Positions 52,472 to 64,000 of a stretch of 64,000 nucleotides of DNA are shown here, piece after piece. Origin of the DNA: Glycera tridactyla (lineage: Eukaryota); NCBI GenBank assembly GCA_965644265.1, contig OZ286463.1, positions 112,530,001 to 112,594,000 of the forward strand, given 5' to 3'. The notes below the pieces were generated by a model, which did no database searches, was not told where the DNA came from, and worked only from the letters and a program-made list of their open reading frames with translations. A program made the translations under genes and the position numbers. How positions within the stretch are numbered: the first letter of the stretch is position 1; each line of letters opens with the position of its first letter.

Positions 52472-54097
52472 TTGTTAATTCAACAATCAAGAAGAAAATC
52501 AAAAATATTATAGAATTTCGTATTAGAAAGAATTTTTTCAGCTGTTATAATTCCTTTTTGATTAAAATAAAATATAAAAGAAAGAATAAGGGAAAATCTG
52601 TTCAACTTAAGATTGAACTGGCATTAACAATTCTTGATGATCCCTTTTACCTTCAATACCCACAAAAAATAACTATAATTAAGGAAAATGAAAAATATTA
52701 AATTAACATTTTCGATACTGTGTATAGACACATGCGGTAACCTCAGAAAATAAATATGATTGCGTAATGTGAAAAATATGAAATAAACATTTTCCAGATA
52801 CCGTGTATGGACACATACAGATACGGTTAAGATGAGGTCAGACTATGTTGTATGAATTACCGCTCCTGCAGAGAAAAAGGAAAAATCACAGTTGAGATGT
52901 TAGCTAAACAACAGTCATCATTCTGCAGATTTCCCGTAATGTAATTGAATTACAATAACCCTTATTAACATATCTTTACACAAGATGTCCCAATCTAGAT
53001 CTCACAGTAACAGTTTCGGCAATTAAAATGAAATTAAAATGAAACCAACACAAAAAACAGAATCACCATTAATATTTGGTACCTCCAATAGGTTTTAGGT
53101 ATATCAGTATATCCCTCTGGATTTTTACTATTCACCAGATACATCCGACATTTACGCAGGCCATGTTGATTAAATCCATCATTGGATTCCCATTCTGTAG
53201 CAACAAGAACTGGAGAATTTTAGTTCTGGAAAGAGAGATCCAATAATTAAATTTCGTGAAAGTATGTTATTTTTTTTTATATAACTGGATTTGCAAAGAC
53301 AATACATACAAACATATTCTGTCATGTATGAGATGAATCGTGATGAGAATGAGTGACTTCAATACTGAGACACAAGGACAATTTCCGGAAGGTCCAGAAG
53401 AAGAGAGAGGTAGATGGATAGAGGGAAAGGATATTGCAGTAAGTACTCAGCTACCATTTTTTGATAAATCTATATATTCATTGTGATAAGATAATAGTGC
53501 CCTGACGGACCCCAATATTTAGGAGAGGTTCAAGACACTACCGTCTGAAATTTTGAAATTAAGCAAATTGATGTGCTTATTCACAGGTGGACCCCAACAT
53601 ATGGGAGAGGACCTGAGAGATTATAAATATTATATTCATATTATTGGAGTCAAAGACTCAAATCAAGATGAGTACCCTTGCAACATCTTTCCCTCATGGT
53701 CCATCACTGATTCCATAAATAGAAAAAGAGGAATACAAGATCATCATTACTGATTCCATGAGTGTCATCTGCAGCAAGTATTTTCTTATGATGATTTCCA
53801 AGAACCCAATTGAATCATACCCTTCATCTATACCAATTGTCAAGGATTGGACCAATAAGATGATGGCATAAAGCTCTCATCCCATAGTTGTTCAAGTGCA
53901 CTCTATCAAGGGTTAGCATGCCCAGTAATATATCACCCACACGAGTTGGTTTTGTTTTCCGTTTACCTTCAATCCCTGCTGGTCGTGAGGATCGTACATA
54001 CAATGTATGTATTTGTGTGTGTTGGGCGGGGGTGGGTGGCTGTTTATGTGTGTGGGTGTTTATGTGTGTGTGTATATGTGTGTCTGTATGTGTGTGT

Positions 54098-54142
<45 letters not shown>

Positions 54143-56445
54143 ATTCTAAGATCTCTCTCGCTCCCTCCCTCACGTCATTTTTCTCTCTCACTCTCTAACT
54201 CTCCTCTCATCTATTACTTTCTCCACATGCAACCTACAATCTGTGATAAAAGATAAATGCATGGCTGTATCAAGAAACAACATTAAACTCAACTGTATTA
54301 AATTTGGTAAGCCTTTAATGATGGAATGCTCAGAGTTGAAAGGTCAATACAGATACATTCAAGCCTGTAAGTATAGTCTCCGTACCCACCACACAGAACC
54401 AAGCAAAACACATGTCATCTGTCCAGGAGGTGCGCTCTGCAATAAGAGCAGCATCAACATCTCGTAGGCAACAGCACTTCTGCTCACCTCGCACGCATTA
54501 TAGCGGAGCTCATTCTGGAACTAATCATGCCAGATGTCACGGCATATTTCGTGTAGCCATTACTCAGGCTGGCATTCTCGATTCTCCTGGTTTTATTTTC
54601 TGGCAGGTAAATGACTATGATTTGGTTTCCTCGGAATCCCTCAATCCTCCGCCTTTACCTGATCCTTTAATATACTTCGAAGTAAATATGGAATCTGGCG
54701 ATGCGTAAATCCCAGGAGACTTTGATAGTACTGAGAATAACTTTCATTACATGAACTCGAGGAAATACTAATGTTTGTTGATTTTCAGGAGAGGTCTCAT
54801 TGCTCCTTTATATCCTAGAATCGCTGCCTCGATCCAACTCTTGACACACAATTCATATACCATACGATCTTATTATGATGAGGGGTGAACTATGAGGAGT
54901 TGAAGGCCAGGATGATCAGGGTCTACCATTATTTGGTGCATCATGCATCCACAAAAGAGCAAAATAGTGGAAATGACATCCATATATCACCTGATGTTAC
55001 TGATGGCCCCGTGGCTCTCGCGGTTCGACATTTTCCTGGTGCTTGGTTGGCGGTTGGAGGTGAGGAAAAGCAATGGAGAAGCATTCTTAAAGAGAAACTA
55101 TCTGTGATGTCGGGTGAACAATGCAGCGATTGTCGCAGGATCAATCATTGTATGGTTCACGACTCACATCCATGGACACAATGTCCGTCATCTCCGACCC
55201 AGATCAATCAACGTATGGTTAGCGACTAACATTCATGGACACAATGTCCATCATCTCCGACCCAGACCAGTATATGATACATATTTCAAGGCTTGCTATG
55301 GAGTATCCGAGAGGTGAAGGACCAGAAGTAACTTCGAATCCCACGTACGTTCTTGTGGTGTACTTTGAAGTTCGACTGACTTCCAAATGGGGGTAATAAC
55401 AATAATCGACGGAGAGGGACAAGTTTTAACCCAGAATTTTGTCGTGGTGAGGCCGATACTTTTTCAAGTGTATGGGGGTTCACTTGAATGTATTCATTCC
55501 TTCACCAAACACTCCTGGCAATCACCCGATCAGAGTCATCCACCATTACATCGTATCCCTAAATGAATACTATCGATTTTACTCCCTGTCCACAAAGTCC
55601 AATTTAGCTTTTCCCGGTTTTTCTGATTGAAGTGGCGGCATGGTTGAAACATTCAGCCGAAATGTAATCTTGAAACATCCAAAGTTCGGACCTGATCATT
55701 GGCTGGGCAAGCCTTACTTTGTAGCACCAAATGTCATATTTTTAAGGAGACCCTTTCAGCCAATCAATTCACAGCTTTGATTGGCTGATAAGGTGTGAGA
55801 AAAAATAATAATGGCATATAGATGGTTCGTTTAGAGGGGCCCCGCCAGCTCTTGCTTTGCTTTCAGATCAATATGATTCAGTAGATGATATCAAAATGAT
55901 CTGCATTTGAACACAGAATATCCTAGATGGGTCATCAACCACTGATGTACCGTCTTAGATACCTTTGATGGGGACTCTTCATCCTCTTGATTGGATTGAT
56001 TGCCAGAGTGCGTATTAGCCTCCGTTAAATCCTGGATCTATTTAATCCTGGATCTATTGAAGAACTCGGCTGAGCTCGCATGTTTCAGACATGAATGTTT
56101 CAACAGGGCAGTTCAACACTCATGCCCGAAACACACATATTCGATTTGGAGAGGATAGCAATACAGATCATTGAAGGAGGGCTGGAACGAGATACACAAA
56201 CAACAAATATGTGAGCCCTGACAACTATATGATAATCGAATCAAAAAGGTAACACTGAGAGACTCTTAGATTCCATGTGGTTAAAGGATATTGCACAAAA
56301 TAACAGGCTCTAGAGAATCTAACGCACGAAGCGTGTTTTGTCAGTAGGCAAGGTCAAAGTTGAGGATAAATGAGCGCGCGGGTGGTTGCCCAGGGAGGCA
56401 ATCACGGGGGAATGGCGCCCGCTGCCCCGTCTACTGTCTATCGCG

Positions 56446-56605
56446 CTATTTGCCATTTGAGAAGAGCTTGGCCTTGCATCGACAGTTGGTGTTCCAGAGG
56501 TTACACTTGCAGGTATAGCCGTCACAACAGCTGAGCCCCGGCTTGGAGGAGTCCGGCAGACACCAGTCGTCCCATTTGCCGCATAAAGCTTGAAACCAGT
56601 CTGTC
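56446..56605 (-). CDS. Terminal exon of an agatoxin-like (ICK/knottin) peptide precursor
   Basis: Acceptor ttctacctttctatgtttacag|g; TDWFQALCGKWDDWCLPDSSKPGLSCCDGYTCKCNLWNTNCRCKAKLFSNGK*; 8 Cys with spacing C-6-C-10-CC-4-C-1-C-6-C-1-C; C-terminal GK. Confidence 0.85.
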
Positions 56606-59380
56606 CTGTAAACATAGAAAGGTAGAACACCGGCATGAGTACAACACACTCGATCTGGGTGCCATTCTGGAATCAGGTGCATATTTGTAATGAGTAGCTA
56701 CTGCCAGGTAGGTGAGAAAAGTAACATCATGAGCAAAAGATCATCATCATCACATACTCACTCACTCACTCATTTAATCGATCATCATCATCATCATCAT
56801 CATCACCACCACCATCATCAACCAATAGGGACAATTCTCTTGCTAGGGCCGGTCATCATTGTATTTGCTTTAATGTTCAAACAATCAACATCCATGAGCA
56901 AATACAGACAATGTCCAAACATGTGTCTCCTGGTCATGCTATGTCAAGGTCACTGGGTACTATGTTAACACACTTCAGCCATCCACGTAGGAAAATGATC
57001 ACGAACATGTTCACAATGATATCGATTACCTCCGCCTGCAAGAAAAACATCCACAGAATGCTAGGAGAATTACTCTACTGTTTTGCATACACATTTTACT
57101 TGATTTGAAAGATTGGGTTGGTTGCAAAATTTCTGGATAGTCCTCCATTTCTATTCTTTCTAATATATTTTATGGTAACAACAAAGAAACCAATATTCTT
57201 GCGATAGTATCCAAATGGTTTGTTCTACGTTATGGACTTTGTGCTCAGCTGGTTTTTGTCTCATGTAAATCATCCAACGACCCAGATGCTTACCATTTCA
57301 CGCTCATCCCACATTCTCTATCTCCTGCTTCCCTTCATACTGAGAACAGGGCATTGAATTTGACCAGACCAGGTGAAGCAAGGGCCATCATTGCGCTGAT
57401 AAAAGTCTTGTGTTTGCATGCTCGGTCTTATTTGTACCTTATCACTTCTCGCTTCTCATTTGCGTGATCGTATCTGTGATCGCTCTCTCGAAACTATTGA
57501 GTGTACGAACATTCCCCGTGCACTCCTGACATATGGAATACTGCCATTTGGAAGCAAAAATATCCAAATTAGTTGCAGACAAGTCATGCCGTTGGTCCTT
57601 TTGATTCGAAGGAAGTGACCATACTTCACGAATCATTCAATGCCCCATTCCAAATTTGTCTCCTGACAGTAAGTGGTTCAAACTAATTGTGCATAAAGTT
57701 AAATAGTTCTGTAGATGAAAGAAGCTAATGTAACCTCTGGAAATGATTTAATCGATATATGAATGACCCATAACTTCAACTTCAATGTACCTTTCGACTA
57801 CTCTCTTGCTCTATGTGAGCTCTGTTCTTCTGCACTCTGACTCGGGTATGATATGTATTCATAAGGAAAGGTGGAGCACAGACCGAGTGTGAGAGATACA
57901 AGACGGAGCATAAGGAATCTTCTTCTCAGAAGTAAGACACATCATCAGGTTCACACAAGATCCCGGAGGACGATGATCGACATCTTGAAATACTGTGTCG
58001 CCAAGATGTCAATGACATCGATGATGTAGCTGACCTCAACCACCCCCTCACATGAATCACTGGTGACAACAACCACTCAAATCATAAATATAAATGTAGT
58101 CAAGTCTGTTTTTGTGGTTGAATATTCTCTCGCATGAGGGATTGACAAATTGAAACGAGATTCAGATTCCTATCACGCGTTCTCAACCACCATTGACAAA
58201 TGCCATGGAGTGGAGCAGGGGATTGCCCGATCTAATCTAGCATCCACAAACCAATCGGAATGTGTTGAAAATGTTTTTCCCAAGACTACTTTGCCAACTA
58301 ATACATGTTTTTCTTTTTTCAGCATGCATATCATCAGAAAGCGTGTTTGTAATAACATGGAATAATGGTTTGGCTCAGTGCCAGGTCATTAAGATTTTGA
58401 CCAATTAATCACATTTGAATTGCAAATGGCCTCGTTCCTATTCAGGGAGGTTGCCACTGCAACATTTCATTCAATAAATTCGTGTTTATGTTGGCCATCA
58501 ATCTCCTATATCACAATCGTGTACATGGATTGCCTGTGTGTGGATGATGAGAGGAGTAATAGTCGCCGAGTTGAAAGGATCCATCTTCTCCACTGTCAGC
58601 CTAGCCCTCATTATAAAAGCATCTCAGTACAAATTGTATCTCGTAAATAAGTTTCTGACTCATCATGACGTCACAGAGAACCCCGAACACATCTGATGCA
58701 TGATTTAGTTCCACAAAACAGAATTAGTCAAATGGATGAGATGACGGCCCGAGTAGCTGGGATTTTCATATCATTTCACGTCCCATTCGGGAGTCAAGAT
58801 GAAAAGTCTTGCATTTACCCACCATTGCCGATTGCATGGTCGTCACAGTATAGCCTATGAACGTCATTATATAGCCACATATCACTGACGTGATGTTAAA
58901 CCTCAATCAATCAAGCAGCCAACTCTACTCGCTCTACGCTGACACGCGACTGATAACGACGACATAGAACAGCACTGCTTGCTGGGCGACAGATGTCATT
59001 GATCATGACGAAACTATGAAAATGATGAGTGCTCGACTGAACATAAAAGGATACCCCAAGACATCATATTGCCCATTACAGAAATGACACTTCGAGTGTC
59101 TCATCTGTGAATTTCATTCTCGGCAAATGAACCCTTCCAATCACAAGCTTTCTCGAGTACTTTTGCAACCAACATAGACCGTCCTAAGCTATATCCATGG
59201 AACGACATGCATCTTAACTGACGCCCATTGCTGGCATTTCGCACCAAAGAGATTGAAATATTGCGTCCGAAATCAAGGCATAATCAGAGTGACCAGATGT
59301 GTCGGTTTATCGGTCCCACATGAGGCCAGTTTCCTACATTGGTCCCTGACCAGTCAGGGTCTCATGGGGTAAGTGATGGT

Positions 59381-60045
59381 TATGTGGGCGGCGCATCCAG
59401 CATCCAGAGTTTACTGCCCATATTAGACCCTGCCTGGTCAAAGTCTTATGTAGGACTTGACCTTATGTGGGCGGCATATCCAGTTAGGGTTTACTACCCA
59501 CATCAGACCCTGCCTGATCAGAGTCATATGTAGGACTTGACCTTATGTGGGCAGCGCATCCAATTAGGGTTTACTACCCACATCAGACCCTGCCTGGTCA
59601 GAGTCTTATGTAGGACTTGACCTTATGTGGGCGGCATATCCAGTTAGGGTTTACTACCCACATCAGACCCTGCCTGATCAGAGTCATATGTAGGACTTGA
59701 CCTTATGTGGGCGGCGCATCCAATTAGGGTTTACTACCCACATCAGACCCTGCCTGGTCAGAGTCTTATGTAGGACTTGACCTTATGTGGGCGGCGCATC
59801 CAGTTAGAGTTTACTGCCCACATTAGACTCTGCCTGGTCAGAGTCTTATGTAGGACTTGACCTTATGTGGGCGGCGCATCCAGTTAGAGTTTACTGCCCA
59901 CATTAGACTCTGCCTGGTCAGAGTCTTATGTAGGACTTGACCTTATGTGGGCGGCGCATCCAGTTAGAGTTTACTGCCCACATTAGTCTCTGCCTGGTCA
60001 GAGTCATATGTAGGACTTGGCCTTATGTGGGCAGCGCATTCAGTA
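59381..60045. repeat. 80-bp tandem repeat, about 8 copies
   Basis: ccttatgtgggcggc at 59461, 59541, 59621, 59701, 59781, 59861, 59941, 60021. Confidence 0.93.
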
Positions 60046-62804
60046 AGGGTCTATCGCTCACATTAGACACTGACATACGTCGAAAACATGCTGGCCAGGA
60101 AATTTGTTACATTGTTTTTTTCTTTCTTTCAAGTGAAGCAATCTGCGGGGTTGCCGCGCAACGGCAGCCAGACATGCATAAGTCTAGATCGTTATATCGA
60201 CGGTTGTTCTGCTTAAATCTACCCACGTTGAAACCGTCGAAAGGTCACCTTGTTTTTGAATTTCACTAAGTAGTACATACACCCGAAAAAGCCACCTCAA
60301 GACGAGCGCAGGTAAGAAGTCTTTTTTTCAGTATATGGATTCCTTAATGACAAAAGCTTACGCATTTGTTTTTTTCTCTGCCTTTCACGGAATCCCATGC
60401 GTTAGTGAGCTACTATACGGTGAAAAATGTTAAGATAAGTTTCCATTCGATTGTAACAGTCATGTTGAGTCAGCCAAATGCAATATCTTCAATGAGATTT
60501 GACCACCAGTCCTACACTTATCTACGGATCAATATCATGTGGACTTCTCTCACGGAAGTTACCTTGTTTGTCTGTGTAATTGTTTTTCTGACTGATAGAT
60601 GTACATCCAGCCACGTACCACTGTATATCAGAGATAACAACCTGAGTGTCTGTCAATTTCAAAAAAAAATATCACTATACTTTGTGGACCCAGAAGAAGG
60701 GAACTCATGATGAGAAGTTTTGATTGATCACACCAGGCCCACTGCACGCAACTCTCAATATAGCCCAGAAGTCGCCCACGTGACATGAAACAACCCACCA
60801 ACCAACCAACCAACCAAGCGACCAGTTCGACTTTCAAAGCCTGAAGGGTTCTGATCAACCCTGTGTTACTGTTAAGTTTCTCTTGGCGAGATCTCTAACC
60901 TTTGATGAGCAGTTTTTCTCTCGTGCTTGCATTTTCTGACAGCAACCTCTACTATGCGCTTCTATTATGCGTCTCCTATATCCCATCTCGTCGAAAGTCA
61001 ATTTCTCCGACGATCTGATAATCCGTTATTGATCTTAGTTGTTCATCATCAATCCATGGATACAATGCAATATATCCGTCTGTATCGTTATAGGATACAT
61101 GGCAGATCCATCACTGCAGGAAGTGGGTGTGGTGGCATTCGCCAGCTGATTCATAGCTCCGATATAATGCACACATTTCCGACTACTGGTATCAGGGTGT
61201 GAAGTCTTGTGACCATGGTTGCCACGAATCATCACCCAACACTGATCAGCTCTTGTGGTTTTCGAACCAGACCGTGACATCTGGATGACTTCCACTTCTA
61301 AATCTCCAGCTGATGGTATAATGAGGTGAGATCTCCTCAGGGTGGATTGTCTGTTTAATGAACTATCGGATCATTTTCTTTTGATTATCACTGAATCATT
61401 GATCGACATGGAGCATTTGTCATCTTTAGGAAGGTTTGAAAGTGAATTCCTGATCCTGAGGTAGGGTTGGGGTGGGTTGACAATGAATACATCTATTGAT
61501 GACGTCACAAAACCACTGCACGCGTCATTCAGTCGCCATCTTGCTTTCTCGTATTTGGAATCCACACCGAAAGTCATCATCCATGTATAATTAGTTCCCA
61601 ATTCCTCTACAGATCCAAAACGTATTCTGAGTCCATTGAAAATGTTGGATGGATCTTGGCACTCCTGTTGAGGAAGACGGGAAATACGCATCTGTACGTA
61701 TTTTCCATAGCTCTAATCTGAGATAAGCCGGAGTCCACACGAACCCTAATCTAGAACATCTCCCACGAGGGCGGGGTCCAAGTACAAACTATCTCACATT
61801 TGTTTGGTAACTTCCAGTTTGCATATTTGGTGGAGGGTCTTCTGCAACTCATGAAACATTCATTTGTTCCTTACTCACCATTTTTGTCATTCATTCATTT
61901 TTCTATTTCACCTTCATATAAAGGAGTCCTGAATGATCCCACAAATGCTCATCACATGGACGTCCCAATATAGCCCGGCTAGTACGTATAAGACGTTAAC
62001 TATCAATCAACCAACCAGCTATGTTAACCATTACCTTAGTGAAAAGAGCCTTTGAGACTGGTATTTCCTAATTATCAAGGCGTTCTCTTTTTCCTTGAAG
62101 CGGATGAAGAGAAGAGAGTTGGCGACGGCTGGGTGGCTGTCATTACAGTCATGCATACTAAACAAGTGTCGGAAGTGGGGTTCTGTCTCACTCCATTCTA
62201 GATACATCTCAAGTAGACTAGAAACACTAACCAGCCATGATTTCTACAGAGCCAGGGTGGTCCCACAATGGCTGCTGGATGATGAGGTACTGTAGGATGT
62301 GTGTGAAAGCTGTCAGTGCGGTGGTGCTGGGTGTCCTACCTAGTTGGATATGCATAGAGGCTTGTAATGATTAGCTGCTGCTTTCTGCTGGCCACCAGGA
62401 CGCTCCTAATCAGATAAAGTCCCATCAAACACCCACTTAAATCGCACCCACCACGTCCCCCACCCTCCCCCCTCCCGGGATGCCAATCTCAGTGTCCGTC
62501 TCAGTGTCCGTCCGTCTCTTTGTTCGTCTGTCTGTTTACTTGTTTGTTCGTCTGTCTGTCTGTTCGTCTGTCCGTCTGTCTGTTTGTCTGTCCGTCTGTC
62601 TCTTTGTCTTTATGTCTGTCCGTCTCCTCCCTCTCTCTCTCTTTCTCTTTCGAATATATCTCCGTCTGTCCATGTCAGTATGTGTCTTTCTTTCTGTTAT
62701 TGAGACTAGCAATCCTAGTGTCTGTCTGGCTATTTCTCAATCTGTCTGACTACCGGTTTGTTCTCTTACCTGCCTGTCTGCGTGTCTGTCTGTCTGTCTG
62801 TGAG

Positions 62805-62865
<61 letters not shown>

Positions 62866-62904
62866 GGATTGGAGCGAGAATGCCAGTTGCCCAATCTGTG
62901 GATC

Positions 62905-64000
62905 ACTCCTAGTCGACATAAAGTGGCAGTCATACTGATGACATCAGACAAGATAGCATCACCCCATCCTCCCAATACTAGTGGCATCTTGTACAATACA
63001 ATCTCAACTGGTGTAGATAACTCCTAGTCGACATAAAGTGGCAGTCATACTGATGACATCAGACAAGATAGCATCACCCCATCCTCCCAATACTAGTGGC
63101 ATCTTGTACAATACAATCTCAACTGGTGTAGATAACTCCTAGTCGACATAAAGTGGCTGTCATACTGATGACATCAGACAAGATAGCATCACCCCATCCT
63201 CCCAATACTAGTGGCATCTTGTACAATACAATCTCAACTGGTGTAGATAACTCCTAGTCGACATAAAGTGGCAGTCATACTGATGTCATCAGACAAGATA
63301 GCATCACCCCATCCTCCCAATACTAGTGGCATCTTGTACAATACAATCTCAACTGGTGTAGATAACTCCTAGTCGACATAAAGTGGCTGTCATACTGGGG
63401 TCATCAGGCAAGATAGCATCACCCCATCCTCCCAATACTAGTAGCATCTTGTACAATACAATCTCAACTTGTGTAGATCACTCCCAGTCGACATAAAGTG
63501 GCTGTCATACTGATGACATCAGACAAGATAGCATCACCCCATCCTCCAGATACTAGTGGCATCTTGTACAATACAATCTCGACTTGTGTAGATCACTCCT
63601 AGTCGACATAAAGTGGCGGTCATACTGAGGTCATCAGACAAGATAGCGTCACCCCATCCTCCCGATACTAGTGGCATCTTGTACAATACAATCTCAACTT
63701 GTGTGGATCAATCCTAGTCGACATAAAGTGGCGGTCATACTGAGGTCATCAGACAAGATAGCATCACCCTATCATCCCAATACTAGTGGCATCTTGTACA
63801 ATACAATCTCAACTTGTGTAGATCAATCCTAGTCGACATAAAGTGGCTGTCATACTGATGACATCAGACAAGATAGCATCACCCCATCCTCTCAATACTG
63901 GTGGCATCTTGTACAATACAATCTCAACTTGTGTAGATAACTCCTAGTCGACATAAAGTGGCAGACATACTGATGTCATTGGACAAGATAGCATCACCCT
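62905..64000. repeat. 115-bp tandem repeat, at least 9.5 copies, runs off the window
   Basis: gtcgacataaagtgg at 62912, 63027, 63142 and onward. Confidence 0.95.

Noticed and set aside
59381-60045. 80-bp array as another splice-donor array
   Set aside because: A gtaagt lies just left of it (59369) but is not in the unit, and no open exon leads into the array on either strand.
61371-61373. Selenocysteine codon
   Set aside because: No redox motif context and no SECIS identifiable by eye; kept only as a remote option.
62940-62990. MPLVLGGWG resembling COX1 MP.hIGGFGN (NUMT)
   Set aside because: Similarity limited to a few residues; flanks do not match COX1.

Overview
Draft-assembly genomic DNA from an invertebrate animal (spliceosomal introns, many microsatellites, 8 N-gaps); no prokaryotic features. 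1-23 kb holds the 3' part (10 coding exons) of an SLC5 sodium/solute symporter most like SMIT1/SLC5A3 on the + strand. The most striking pattern: three exons of this gene, plus one exon of an unidentified downstream gene, have their 3' end and 5' splice donor amplified into tandem arrays (about 9, about 90, 7 and 20 copies). In the 85-bp array each unit also reads as AG-[21-nt in-frame micro-exon]-GT. Also present: a 5.2-kb TG...CA insertion with a 4-bp TSD (solo-LTR-like), a CR1/L2-type LINE nested in another, other LINE/MITE remnants, a minus-strand exon encoding an agatoxin-like 8-Cys knottin ending in an amidation signal, and a 21-bp minisatellite that would encode repeated Ser-Gly plus N-glycosylation sites. 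All calls are from reading the sequence by eye; no database search was run.
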